This document shows, piece by piece, positions 12,801 through 22,065 of a stretch of DNA of 64,000 bases. Position 1 is the stretch's first letter. Each line of letters starts with the position of its first letter. The position numbers were made by a program, and so were the translations under genes. Below the pieces are notes generated by a model. That model worked only from the letters and a program-made list of their open reading frames with translations, made no database searches and was not told where the DNA came from. This DNA comes from Phoronis australis (taxonomy: Eukaryota > Animalia > Phoronida), in contig NMRA01000710.1 in the NCBI GenBank assembly GCA_002633005.1, forward strand, positions 63,151-127,150, given 5' to 3'.

Positions 12801-15800
12801 GGACATGCTGTATCACTGTAACTTTGATTACCTATGAGCTGGTTAATGCCTCTTTTGAATTCTATTTTGTTCAGTTGCTTATCGGCAACGTCAGTTGTTT
12901 GCCATTTGATAGAGACTCTCCATTGGAATTGATTTCATTTTATTAGAAGATCTAATTCCTCTTTCTCCCTTAGCTACAATACTGGGAATACTCTATGTTG
13001 GTGGGTCACTGATGGCGACCAATCAGATTCAAGCTGGCGACCTTATGTCCTTCTTGGTTGCAACACAAACAATACAGCGGTCATTGGCTCAACTGTCCAT
13101 ATTGTTTGGGCAGGCTGTGAGGGGATTGAATGCAGGATCCAGAGTTTTGGAGGTACATACAAAACAACTAAGTTCTGGTTGCATTGTTATGTCTCCTGAT
13201 GCTTGATTACTATATAATACTATTCACATGATCCAATGGGCATTATGCTCATGGGTGTTTGCCTTAATGTTCTATATATTATTTATAATCCATGACTCAT
13301 GACTGTTGTAGTCATTGCTGTATGCCATTAAGAGCAAGAGCTTGTGTTGGTGATTCTAATTATCCATATACTGTTATAAACTAAATTAAAAGTGAATTTC
13401 CTTTATCAGCAGTCTGATTTTTTGCAGTATCTTAACATCAAGAGTAAAGTGTCGATCTTTGGTGGCAGAACTTTGCCTGTCAACAGCCTGTCTGGAAATG
13501 TTGAGTTCAAGAATGTAGACTTCTCCTATCCTAGTCGTCCAGAACAAGTAGGTATCCACAGCTGAAGCAGTTGGTTGTAGCCAGGTTGATAAGCTGTGTC
13601 AATAGTCAGATGGTTGTAGCCTGGTTGGTAAGCTTTGTCAATAGCCAAAATCCTTGGGTGTATTTTCATGAAATTTTGAGCATATGTTCGTATAGTTGCT
13701 GGAACAGCATGAGCAAATTTTTGGATGGATCTAACTATAGATGTGGAATTTAAATTTTTTTCGTTTACCTCCAGTCTGTATCTTAAAAGATCCTCAACAG
13801 ATTTTCATAAAATTTGGCAAATAGGCATCTATTAGTGGGATGATGCCACCCTCTGGTTTTGGTATGGATTCGAGGCATTTTGTGCCACCTAATGATTGTT
13901 TTGGAATGGATTCAAGACATTTTGTGCCACCTAGTGATTGTTTTGGAATGGATTCAACGTTTTCTGCTCCACCCAGTGACCATTTTTTTCTCTGAGGATG
14001 ATTACCGACATTGGTATAATATATTTGTTCTTACTTGGCAGATGATGGCTAACAGTGATTTCCTAGATAGCTTTCATAAAACTTTGCAAGTAGTATCTGG
14101 CAGACAGCACAGTTTCCCTTCTTTGAGGTTGATTTGATATATGTTTCACCACCTATTTGCCTTATTGTTTTTATGTTGTGTGTGTTATACCTTCACTGCA
14201 TTCGATGCACGAGGTGGAGACATTATACATATATGTCTTGTCTCTACACTGTGTTTGAAGCACAGAGTTAACACATATCAACGGTCCATGTTACAGTTGC
14301 TTGTCTACATGTATAGAGTGGCAGTGTTTGCAACATACCAAAGTATCTTTTGTAAGCAAAATGTTTCAGATTGTGTGACAAATCATGTGATCTGTGTGAC
14401 AAATCATGTGATCTGTGGCAAATCATGTGATCTGTGTGACAAATCATGTGATCTGTGTGACAAATCATGTGATCTGTGTGACAAATCATGTGATCTGTGT
14501 GACAAATCATGTGATCTGTGTGACAAACCTTGCGATCTTGGCAAATCTCACAAGAAATCTTGATGTCTTAATCTTGTTGATATCAGTGATACATGTTATG
14601 TTGTTTCAGAAAGTGCTTCAGGATTTCAACTTGCAAATACCTGGTGGAAAAGTTGTAGCACTGTGTGGTCTCTCTGGTGGTGGTAAGTTAGCACTGTGTG
14701 GACTCTTGTGGTTTTAAGTTAGCGCTGTGTGGTCTCTCTGGTAGTGGTATGTTAGCACTGTTTTGTCTCTCTGGTGGTAAGTTAGCGCTGTGTGGTCTCT
14801 CTGGTAGTGGTAAGTTAGCACTGTCTGGTCTCTCTGGTGGTAAGTTAGCGCTGTTTGGTCTCTCTGGTGGTAAGTTAGCACTGTGTGCTCTCTCTGGTGG
14901 TAAGTTAGCACTGTGTGGTCTCTCTGGTGGTAAGTTAGCACTGTTTTGTCTCTCTGGTGGTAAGTTAGCACTGTGTGGTCTCTCTAGTGAGGATAAGTTA
15001 GCTATGCCTGTTTTCTTGGTGGATCTTCATGAAAATTGGTGGGTTTGTGTATATTGCAATGGAGGAAAGCAGGACCAACGTTTTCTTTGCACAGTTCTGA
15101 GTACTGTGGCATCTTGCTGGAGCAGTTTTAGTTTACTTTTCATCTACTTTATTATCTACTGAGCCTTTTGGTGAACCGTCATGTCGTTTGGAAAATATAT
15201 TTGCATCAAGGTTTGAACAGAGTGATCTGGTGAATAGTGTCGCCCCTTGTGGCAATGAATGCTGTGCCCCTGTTGTAGCAATGGATGCTGTGCTCACTTG
15301 TAGCAGTGGATGCTGTGCTCACTTGTAGCAATGAATACTGTGCCCCCTTGTGACATTGAATGCTATGCCCCCTTGTGGCAATGAATGCTGTGCGCCCTCT
15401 TGTGGCAATGAATGCTGCGTCCCTTGAGGCATTGGCTGCTGTGCCCCCTTCTAGTAATGAATGCTGTGCCCCTTTATGGCAACGGATGCTGTGCTCCTTT
15501 GTGCAATGAATGCTGTGCCCCTTGTAGCATTGAATGCTGTGCCCTCTTGTACCAATTTACTTAGTATTTAGATTTGATCATATCCGAACTTGCATTGCTG
15601 CAGCAATAGTAGTTACAGGAGACTTGAGTGACATCTTTTGGTATTACAGGAAAATCAACTGTAGCAGCTCTTCTGGAAAGATTTTATGAAACTGACAAGG
15701 GTGTGATTACTATAGATGATGTGGACATTAAAACATTGGACCCCTCTTGGTTAAGAGGGCGTGTTATAGGATTCATTAATCAGGTATGTCATCGTCAACA

Positions 15801-18800
15801 TCAAAGTATGTCGATGTCAACATCTATGTAATCAACTTTCAGTCGACCAAGAAAGACTGCTCACCATTTATGCATGACCCAAAATTTTACTTTCAAACCA
15901 TAATTGAAAACAGTATTGCTATTTCTGGTGTCTCCATGAGAGTACACTTACAACTTCCTGTTTCTAGTGTTACCATGACAACACACTTACTACTTCCTGT
16001 TTCTAGCAAATTTGATCTGACTGCACATCGTCATTACTGGAGTATTCTGGGCTTTGCACATTTGTGTGTGGCTCAATAATTGCACATTTGTGGGATTGAA
16101 GCACCATTTTATACTGAAAACTAACAATTCAATTGCAATTCACTTGCTGGGTAATTCTGATATGTTTGTTATGTCAATACCACTGCCAATAAGTGAACAG
16201 AAGAGGAAAAGTTCTAGGATCAGTTAGCCACAGACTATTCCACATTTTTAATTTTTTGCAGTTTTAAACAATAAATGTACTTTCAAAGTTTTAACATGAC
16301 AAGTGCTGTTAGCATCAAATACATCAAACCTGCAAAATCTTATTTTTGACAAATTTGTTGATTTATATATTTTTATTCAGTACTCAGGTTCGTCCTTTCA
16401 GTCATAAACCAAAGTTTTTGAACATTTCAGCAAATTAAATGCAATTAGTCGTTGAAATGTGAAAAGTTGCGATTGTGTCAACTGTTTGTGCTCATTGCTC
16501 TGTCATTCAGTAAACACTGTTATTGTGTTATTTGTGCTCATTGCCCTGATGTTATTCAGCAAACACTGTTATTGTGTTTGTGCTCAATGCCATGTTGTTA
16601 TTCAGTAAACACTGTTATTGTGTTTGTGCTTAGTGCCCTGATGTTATACAGTAAAGACAGACTGTTGTTGTGTTTGCTCAGTGACATACTCGGTGGGAGT
16701 GAATGTAAGGTTATGATGATGAAGATTTTTGAAATTCACTTTGGTCAGGACCAGGGAAGTGTGATTAAAACTGAATGGATGTCTTGTTCTTTACTCTGTC
16801 AGGAACCTGTGCTGTTTGCTACGAGTGTACGAGAGAACATTAGGTATGGTCGACCAGAGGCTAGTGATGAGCAGGTAAATTATGATTGAAGGAACGTGTC
16901 CATTCAATTTGACTCTTCTGCAGTGGTTCTCCTGCTTCTATACCTTAATATGACAGTTAGTTTTCAATATAAACTGGCAATATTGAAATTTGTTAAAGTT
17001 TCGAGTATTATTAGAAGCTGCTGCCAGTGGTTGAATACAGTAAAATCATACTGATTTCGGACAGTCCAAAATATTTATTTTTTCCGTTTTTGAGCTTGTC
17101 CAATTTTGAAAAAACTCCGATGTATCAGGGTCATGGAATATCCCAACTTGAAGAAACTACTTCTGAATGTTTAGAAAGTCGTACGATTTTCAGTTTACCA
17201 GCCATTTCGGGACAAGAATAAATATTACCAAAATAAGTTTTCCATAGTCCACAAAATGTGTGCAAGGTCAAAACTGTTTTTCAATGGTCCACGAATTTCA
17301 GGCAACGTCATAAATGTCAGATATCTGTCCCGCGAATTTCGGACTGGGAAAAATGTGTTAGAAACACTAAATTTGGATTGACGCAACTCGCATGCTGCCA
17401 AAGTGTTAAATGGATGATTACCAACTCTGTAAGGCTTGAGAATCGGTGTCACTGTGAATGTCACTGAGAGTGTCACTAGGAATGTGACTGGCTATGTGAT
17501 TTTTACCTTTTAAAGAAGAATGCCACCCGATGTAATTAGTCTTTTTTACCGTCTTAATCGGTTTATATCCACATCGCCTCATATACGGTCGACCTCACCT
17601 TGCTGAGAGGTGTCGCATTAACCTGTGAGGAAGGTGAGAAACGACGCAGCGACGTCAGTGGTTCGTCTGCAGAGTTAATGCCCCTATATTGCGGTGCAGC
17701 GTTCCCGCTTGTTCGAACTATGAAGCTGCGAAGAAAGCGGGTATATCGTTTTTTTTGACTTCCTCGAGAGCCCGAAATGCTTAGGAAGTGGTTCGCGGTA
17801 GTGAAGAATGAAAGGTAGGCTGTTAATAGCAAGTATGAGGCCGTGAAACAGCTCCGTGTCTGTGGCCGGCTTTTCGATTTCCCTGAAGAATTCCGGCTTC
17901 GAACTATCCATACTTTCCGTTGCCTGTGCATCTTCTTGGCGCCTCTCTAGTATTTCTTGATCAGTGTATTCCGGTTCGAACTGATAGTTTGTGAAACCTT
18001 ACAATCCGACCCGTGAAGTCTTCGTCGGATGAGCTCTTGACTAAGTCGGGATTGGCGCCGGGAGAGTTGCCATGTATTCTGCGTTCTGTTTCAAAATGAA
18101 TTATTCTCATCCTAACCAATGCTTATATAAAAATGAAACAAAGTCTGTCTCATTAGATACAATTTGTAATGCCTTTGCAGTATTCGTGAGTGCAAAATTT
18201 AATGTTGATAAGCAAGCAATGAAACCACTGCATTACCGGCTTTTGATGCCGGCAATGAATAAAGGTAATTGACCGGGCACCGAGGCTGTGTGAGCGCATG
18301 CTAATTCAGTGTTTGCTGACAGAAAGCTGTTGTGAACCAATTACTCGATTATGCTATGGTCACATGTTAGGGGAATCTTATTTGAAATACAAATACATTA
18401 CTCAAATCATTGTTAATATACAACCTTTGCCCTGACGGTCTGTGGAAGGGGAACCCGACTTCACGGCCCCCGACAATTCGGTTTCGTAGTTAATTCACGA
18501 AAATAATTACGTGCACATTATTTATTTGGCTCACTATTATCAGTGTTGTAGTGGGGCGTAGGTGCACGCAGGCGCAGCCAACCACCTTTTGGCATTTGAA
18601 CGTAGCGCCTAAGCACCGTAAGTTACGTTCAGCCGGTGCTCAAGGTGATACGATAGGCTTTCGGTGCCTACTTACCTCTACTTTTACCACTACAGCACTG
18701 ACTATTGTAGTCTTTTCGTGACTGGAGGTTTAGTTTCCAACTCAACCCGCGAAGGGCCTAATTGGGTTCCGAGCCACTGGCCAGGATAACGAGTCAGTCC

Positions 18801-21800
18801 GGCCGCGACAGGCCTGATCGGGTTCTGAGCCCTGGCCAGGATAACAAGCGTTTTGTGTGTTTAGAACTCAAAAAATCACAAGTCTAAACAACACAGATCT
18901 AGGTTCTCTTGCCTGTATTTCACGGAAGAATTTATCTCCGAACAGACCCCAAACTCCTGCTAAATTGGCCTGTCGAACTTTGTAGGTTACGGTGTGTGTC
19001 CAAATATCAATAAATTCGTAACAGTGAAATAAAACAACACGTTTTTATAAGAACACGGTGTATTTTTAAGGGTTTTACATTGAAGTTTGGTGATTTATTG
19101 GTGTTAAATGATGAATCCAAGCAATAAGCTGACACGTCCAGTAACTCCTTTTGTGAACTGCTGAACAGACTGCGTGTGAAACCAATGACGTCATTAGATA
19201 ATTTAAACACCTCCGTCTGCCGTCAGGTGTCGGGTAACGCAACCGAACGTGCAGTTATAGAGTAGAACTACTTGATCTAAATTGATACAAAGTAGGTTGT
19301 TTTTTGGGTGGCATTCTCCTTTAATGTTATGATCATAGCCTCGAGTCTATCGTTTTCATAGAAATTTATATGCATCTCCTTTCCTCTTATTTCTAGGTAG
19401 AGTGTGCAGCCCGTCTAGCCAATGCACATGACTTCATCAGTGAGTTTCCTGAAGGCTATGACACAGTCCTTGGGGAGAGGGGTGTGACTATCTCAGGGGG
19501 ACAGAAGCAGAGGGTTGCCATAGCACGGGCACTGTTGAAGAATCCAGCAATACTGATACTGGATGAGGCTACCAGGTAAATGATAACCTCTGTTAGGGAC
19601 CACACTTGTGCATGATGCTTATGGGGTAACAGTGACGGACCCTACTTGTGGGGTAACAGTGACGGACCCTACTTGTGGGGTAACAGTGACAGGGACCCTA
19701 CTTGTGGGGTAACAGTGACAGGGACCCTACTTGTGGGTTAACAGTGAAGGGACCCTACTTGTGGGGTAACAGTGACAGGGACCCTACTTGTGGGGTAACA
19801 CTGACAGGGACCCTACTTGTGGGTCTCATTGTGGAGCGTAATAGATGGTAACGCAACTTGTGTGGCTCTGTTTGGGGTGTGACAGACGGGAACCTGTCTT
19901 TTGTGTATTTCTGTGGGGTGCAGCAGATGGGAACCCAAATTGTGTGTCTTTGCGTGTGGGTGCAGTGGGCAGGAACATAACTCATGCATGTTTAAAGAGT
20001 GCGAAAGGCATGAATCCCTTAATTGTACATTACTATTTGGGATATAGAAGACAGGAAGCCTATTCTTGGGTCTGTGTGTGTGTGCGACATACATGTACTA
20101 AAGAATCTTCTTGGTCTTGAGAGGGAGGGCCGGAACACAACATTTGGTTGTCTGTTTAGGGTGGGACTGGCAGAGGCTCAACTTTTGCATAATTTTTTGG
20201 GTTAGAAAGAGCAGGAACCTTGCTTGTGATTGTTTGTATGGGGCTTGATATGCAGTAACCCAGTTTGCGGGTGTCTGTGTTGGCAGTCACAGACAGACCC
20301 AATTCATGCATGTCTGAGGGTAGCGGCTGATGTAACCCAATTTGTGCCTATCTGTATGGAATGTATGTGACCACCGAGAACTCAGATATGCGATTACAGG
20401 CACTGATAATGGTTACTGAGCACAAGATGACTTGGTCACTTTCATGGTGTACTGCTTACGGAAATTTGTTTTTTCACTGCAACAATTGTTTTCAGAGCTG
20501 ATTCACCTCAGAAAACAAATATGCATAGTTATAGCAATGCATTCTTATAAATGGAGACATCCAGTATACATGTAGTATTTACTATGGTGTACAAATGTCA
20601 TGACATTTTTACCTCATACTGTAGTCATTTCAATAACTGATCCTCTCAGAGCACTCATGACAACAGGGGGTGCTATTAGTATCTAAAGAAATGAGGTCAT
20701 AATAGGGGGTGCTGCTGTGTCTAAAGAAATGAAATCACAGCAGGGGATGTGAGATCACAACAAGGGATGTGCTGGTAGTGTCTGGAGAGATGAGATCATA
20801 AGAGGGGTGGTTATTAAGGTCTACAGTGTTGAAATCACAGAATTTATTACTGTTGCCAAAGATAAGCATCCTTTTCACCCGTGGCTGCATTGAAATTGTG
20901 ATCACACACCAATTGTATACTGTCTTGCAGTTGCATAAATTTAAATTCACACTGAATATGGTGAAAATATACATGTAACTGAAGCTATGTGTCTGTGTTT
21001 ACTTCACAAAAATGTACTGTGTGTAATTATGCACCTGGTTGTAAACAGTATGCTGTTAATGAAGTAACAGAGTGTTTGAGTAAGGGTGAAGCCTGCTGTG
21101 AGTTAAATGTTCAGGCGCACTCAGGTTTAATCAATCAGCATGACTGTCTTTAACAGTGCCTTGGATTCTGAGTCTGAGAGAGTTGTACAAGAGGCACTGG
21201 ACCGGGTCATTGAGAACCGCACAACTTTGGTGATAGCACATCGACTAAGTACGATACAAAACGCTGATATCATAGCTGTTGTGGCAGATGGTGAGATAGC
21301 AGAGGTTAGTATTACAACGTGTCTGTTGTGTCAGATGGTGAGATAGATGAGGTTAGTATTACAACATGGCTGTTGTGTCAGATGGAGAGATAGATGAGGT
21401 TAGTATTACAACATGACTACTGTGTCAGATGGTGAGATAGATGTTGTTAGAATTACAGCATGACTATTTTGTCCGATAGTGAGATAGATGTGGTTAGTAT
21501 TACAGCATGACTGTTGTGTCAGATGGTGAGATAGATGAGGGTAGTATTACAACATGACTATTGTGTCAGATTGTGAGATAGATGTGGTAGTATTACTGCA
21601 TGACTATTATGTCAGATGGTGAGATAGATGTTGGTAGTATTACAACATGGCTGCTGTGTCAGATGGTGATCGTTACTCAAGTCGTTGTTTCTAGTGAGGT
21701 GTTTGAACAATACTCATTGTTCCGTATTTGGTAAGAATGTCTTTTTTCAGATGGGAACTCATCAGACACTCCTCAGGCGACGCGGTCTGTACTATGAGTT

Positions 21801-21876
21801 GATAAAACAACAACAGGTGGAGCAGGAGGTCGAAGAATGGATCCATAGTCACTCTCATCACCACCCTATGAGTTGA
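502..21876 (+). CDS. ABCB8: Mitochondrial ABC half-transporter ABCB8 (mitoK-ATP regulatory subunit MITOSUR), spliced gene, 5' end incomplete
   Basis: 15 GT-AG exons join in one frame (2059 nt, ~685 aa): 502-826, 2341-2496, 3939-4084, 5938-6013, 7298-7438, 7980-8065, 8911-9008, 12974-13152, 13428-13547, 14610-14682, 15650-15783, 16803-16874, 19397-19575, 21157-21304, 21751-21876. ABCB8-typical [38 protein letters not shown] and [21 protein letters not shown]. Walker A GLSGGGKST, Q-loop INQEPVLF, signature [15 protein letters not shown], Walker [14 protein letters not shown]-loop IAHRLSTI. Confidence 0.93.
873..1140. repeat. Minisatellite, ~50-bp unit (tctcatcatagtaaggttgggtgactgtgttcattgtgtcactcctg), ~5 copies
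   Basis: Direct tandem copies visible. Confidence 0.85.
2341..2496 (+). CDS. ABCB8: ABCB8 coding exon
   Basis: ttttttctag|[21 protein letters not shown]...LLSMYGTQ|gtatgc. Confidence 0.9.
2467..2947 (+). repeat. Minisatellite, ~48-bp unit made of the exon 3' end plus donor site, ~10 copies
   Basis: ctcaaactgctctctatgtatggtgcgcag|gtat.. repeated; first copy lies inside exon 2341-2496. Confidence 0.92.
3228..3525. repeat. Degenerate minisatellite, ~65-bp unit (agaatgactgatt...gaacagtcacat...acactttac)
   Basis: agaatgactga recurs at ~3230, 3297, 3363, 3429 and 3496. Confidence 0.75.
3939..4084 (+). CDS. ABCB8: ABCB8 coding exon
   Basis: ctaccag|[49 protein letters not shown]|gttggt. Confidence 0.9.
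4675..4910 (-). mobile_element. tRNA-derived SINE
   Basis: Minus strand reads ggaggcagtgTGGCCTGATGTGttagg...GGTTCGAGTCCcactgg (A and B boxes). The body is homologous to a poly(A)-tailed copy at 61190-61320. Confidence 0.8.
5938..6013 (+). CDS. ABCB8: ABCB8 coding exon
   Basis: tttttcag|[25 protein letters not shown]|gttcag. Confidence 0.92.
6741..7330 (+). repeat. Minisatellite, 41-42-bp unit made of the acceptor site plus exon 5' start, ~14 copies
   Basis: ttatttgtcttcag|actactggctgtgttgtatcactgcttg repeated; last copy is the start of exon 7298-7438. Confidence 0.93.
7298..7438 (+). CDS. ABCB8: ABCB8 coding exon
   Basis: tgtcttcag|[47 protein letters not shown]|gtattt; acceptor choice ambiguous because of the upstream repeat copies. 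Confidence 0.85.
7678..7935. repeat. Degenerate ~21-bp minisatellite (gactacatgatgttacacagt)
   Basis: Recurrent gatgttacac cores. Confidence 0.75.
7980..8065 (+). CDS. ABCB8: ABCB8 coding exon
   Basis: gttgtag|[29 protein letters not shown]|gtgagt. Confidence 0.92.
8238..8690. repeat. 30-bp minisatellite (tctcactactgatcaccattgttgatcatg), ~15 copies
   Basis: Tandem copies; source of the spurious ORF 8276-8566. Confidence 0.9.
8911..9008 (+). CDS. ABCB8: ABCB8 coding exon
   Basis: ttttcacag|[32 protein letters not shown]|gtaagt. Confidence 0.92.
9128..9397. repeat. ~62-bp minisatellite, ~4 copies
   Basis: catgggctgtgtcaccactaatgcattagtgtccaggtcatgttaactaggcacacaactcta. Confidence 0.9.
9862..10085. 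repeat. ~16-bp minisatellite (tcaagggttcgctgca)
   Basis: Tandem copies with variants. Confidence 0.88.
10686..11588. repeat. Homogeneous 29-bp minisatellite (tgtatcagtgatataagcatttctcacaa), ~31 copies
   Basis: Near-perfect tandem array. Confidence 0.97.
12335..12681. repeat. 35-37-bp minisatellite (ggcagagttggccagtacagaggaggctatatatt), ~10 copies
   Basis: Tandem copies. Confidence 0.95.
12974..13152 (+). CDS. ABCB8: ABCB8 coding exon
   Basis: ctcccttag|[59 protein letters not shown]|gtacat. Confidence 0.92.
13428..13547 (+). CDS. ABCB8: ABCB8 coding exon
   Basis: tttttgcag|[40 protein letters not shown]|gtaggt. Confidence 0.92.
14372..14530. repeat. 21-bp minisatellite (tgtgtgacaaatcatgtgatc), ~7 copies
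   Basis: Tandem copies. Confidence 0.93.
14610..14682 (+). CDS. ABCB8: ABCB8 coding exon (first half of Walker A)
   Basis: tgtttcag|[24 protein letters not shown](G)|gtaagt. Confidence 0.9.
14656..15003 (+). repeat. 30-33-bp minisatellite made of the Walker A exon end plus donor, ~11 copies
   Basis: tagcactgtgtggtctctctggtg|gtaagt repeated; first copy lies inside exon 14610-14682. Confidence 0.93.
15240..15552. repeat. ~24-bp degenerate minisatellite (ccccttgtggcaatgaatgctgtg)
   Basis: Tandem copies. Confidence 0.85.
15650..15783 (+). CDS. ABCB8: ABCB8 coding exon
   Basis: attacag|(G)[44 protein letters not shown]|gtatgt. Confidence 0.93.
16482..16682. repeat. ~46-bp minisatellite (tgtttgtgctcattgccctgatgttattcagtaaacactgttattg), ~4 copies
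   Basis: Tandem copies. Confidence 0.8.
16803..16874 (+). CDS. ABCB8: ABCB8 coding exon
   Basis: ctctgtcag|[24 protein letters not shown]|gtaaat. Confidence 0.93.
17514..19320 (+). mobile_element. Non-autonomous Kolobok-type DNA transposon in an ABCB8 intron
   Basis: TTAA on both sides (17510-17513, 19321-19324). 15-bp TIR agaagaatgccaccc / gggtggcattctcct with 1 mismatch. Degenerate THAP on + (CSVPACSN...KW...RVCG, ~17697-17880) and [12 protein letters not shown] on -. Confidence 0.8.
18541..18700. mobile_element. hAT-type MITE nested in the Kolobok element
   Basis: TIR cagtgttgtagtgg / ccactacagcactg; 8-bp TSD actattat / actattgt. Confidence 0.8.
19397..19575 (+). CDS. ABCB8: ABCB8 coding exon (ABC signature, Walker B)
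   Basis: tttctag|[59 protein letters not shown]|gtaaat. Confidence 0.94.
19623..19825. repeat. ~29-bp minisatellite (ggggtaacagtgacagggaccctacttgt), ~7 copies
   Basis: Tandem copies. Confidence 0.92.
21157..21304 (+). CDS. ABCB8: ABCB8 coding exon (D-loop, H-loop)
   Basis: tttaacag|[49 protein letters not shown]|gttagt. Confidence 0.93.
21275..21670 (+). repeat. ~47-bp minisatellite made of the exon end plus donor, ~8 copies
   Basis: gctgttgtgtcagatggtgagatagatgag|gttagtattacaacatg repeated; first copy lies inside exon 21157-21304. Confidence 0.92.
21751..21876 (+). CDS. ABCB8: ABCB8 terminal coding exon
   Basis: ttttttcag|[22 protein letters not shown]...HHHPMS*; 3' boundary uncertain because of the repeats. 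Confidence 0.8.
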   Translation: MGTHQTLLRRRGLYYELIKQQQVEQEVEEWIHSHSHHHPMS

Positions 21877-22065
21877 TATGTTGAGCTGGGGGTTGAAGAA
21901 TGGAGCCATAGCCAAACTCACCACCACATTATGAGTTGATAAAAGAATAACAGGTGGGTTTGGAGAATGGAGCCAAGACCAAACTCACTACCACACTATG
22001 AGTTGATAAAAGAACAACAGGAGGAGCAGGAGGTTGAGAATGGGACCATAGCCACACTGCCCACT
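21792..22065 (+). repeat. ~65-75-bp tandem repeat of the terminal coding segment, 4 copies
   Basis: tatgagttgataaaa..caacagg..gagcaggagg..gaagaatgg..ccatag..ca..ctcaccacc at ~21793, 21867, 21930 and 21997. Confidence 0.85.

Noticed and set aside
12377-15162. Repetitive ORFs ([27 protein letters not shown])
   Set aside because: They are by-products of stop-free minisatellites within ABCB8 introns.
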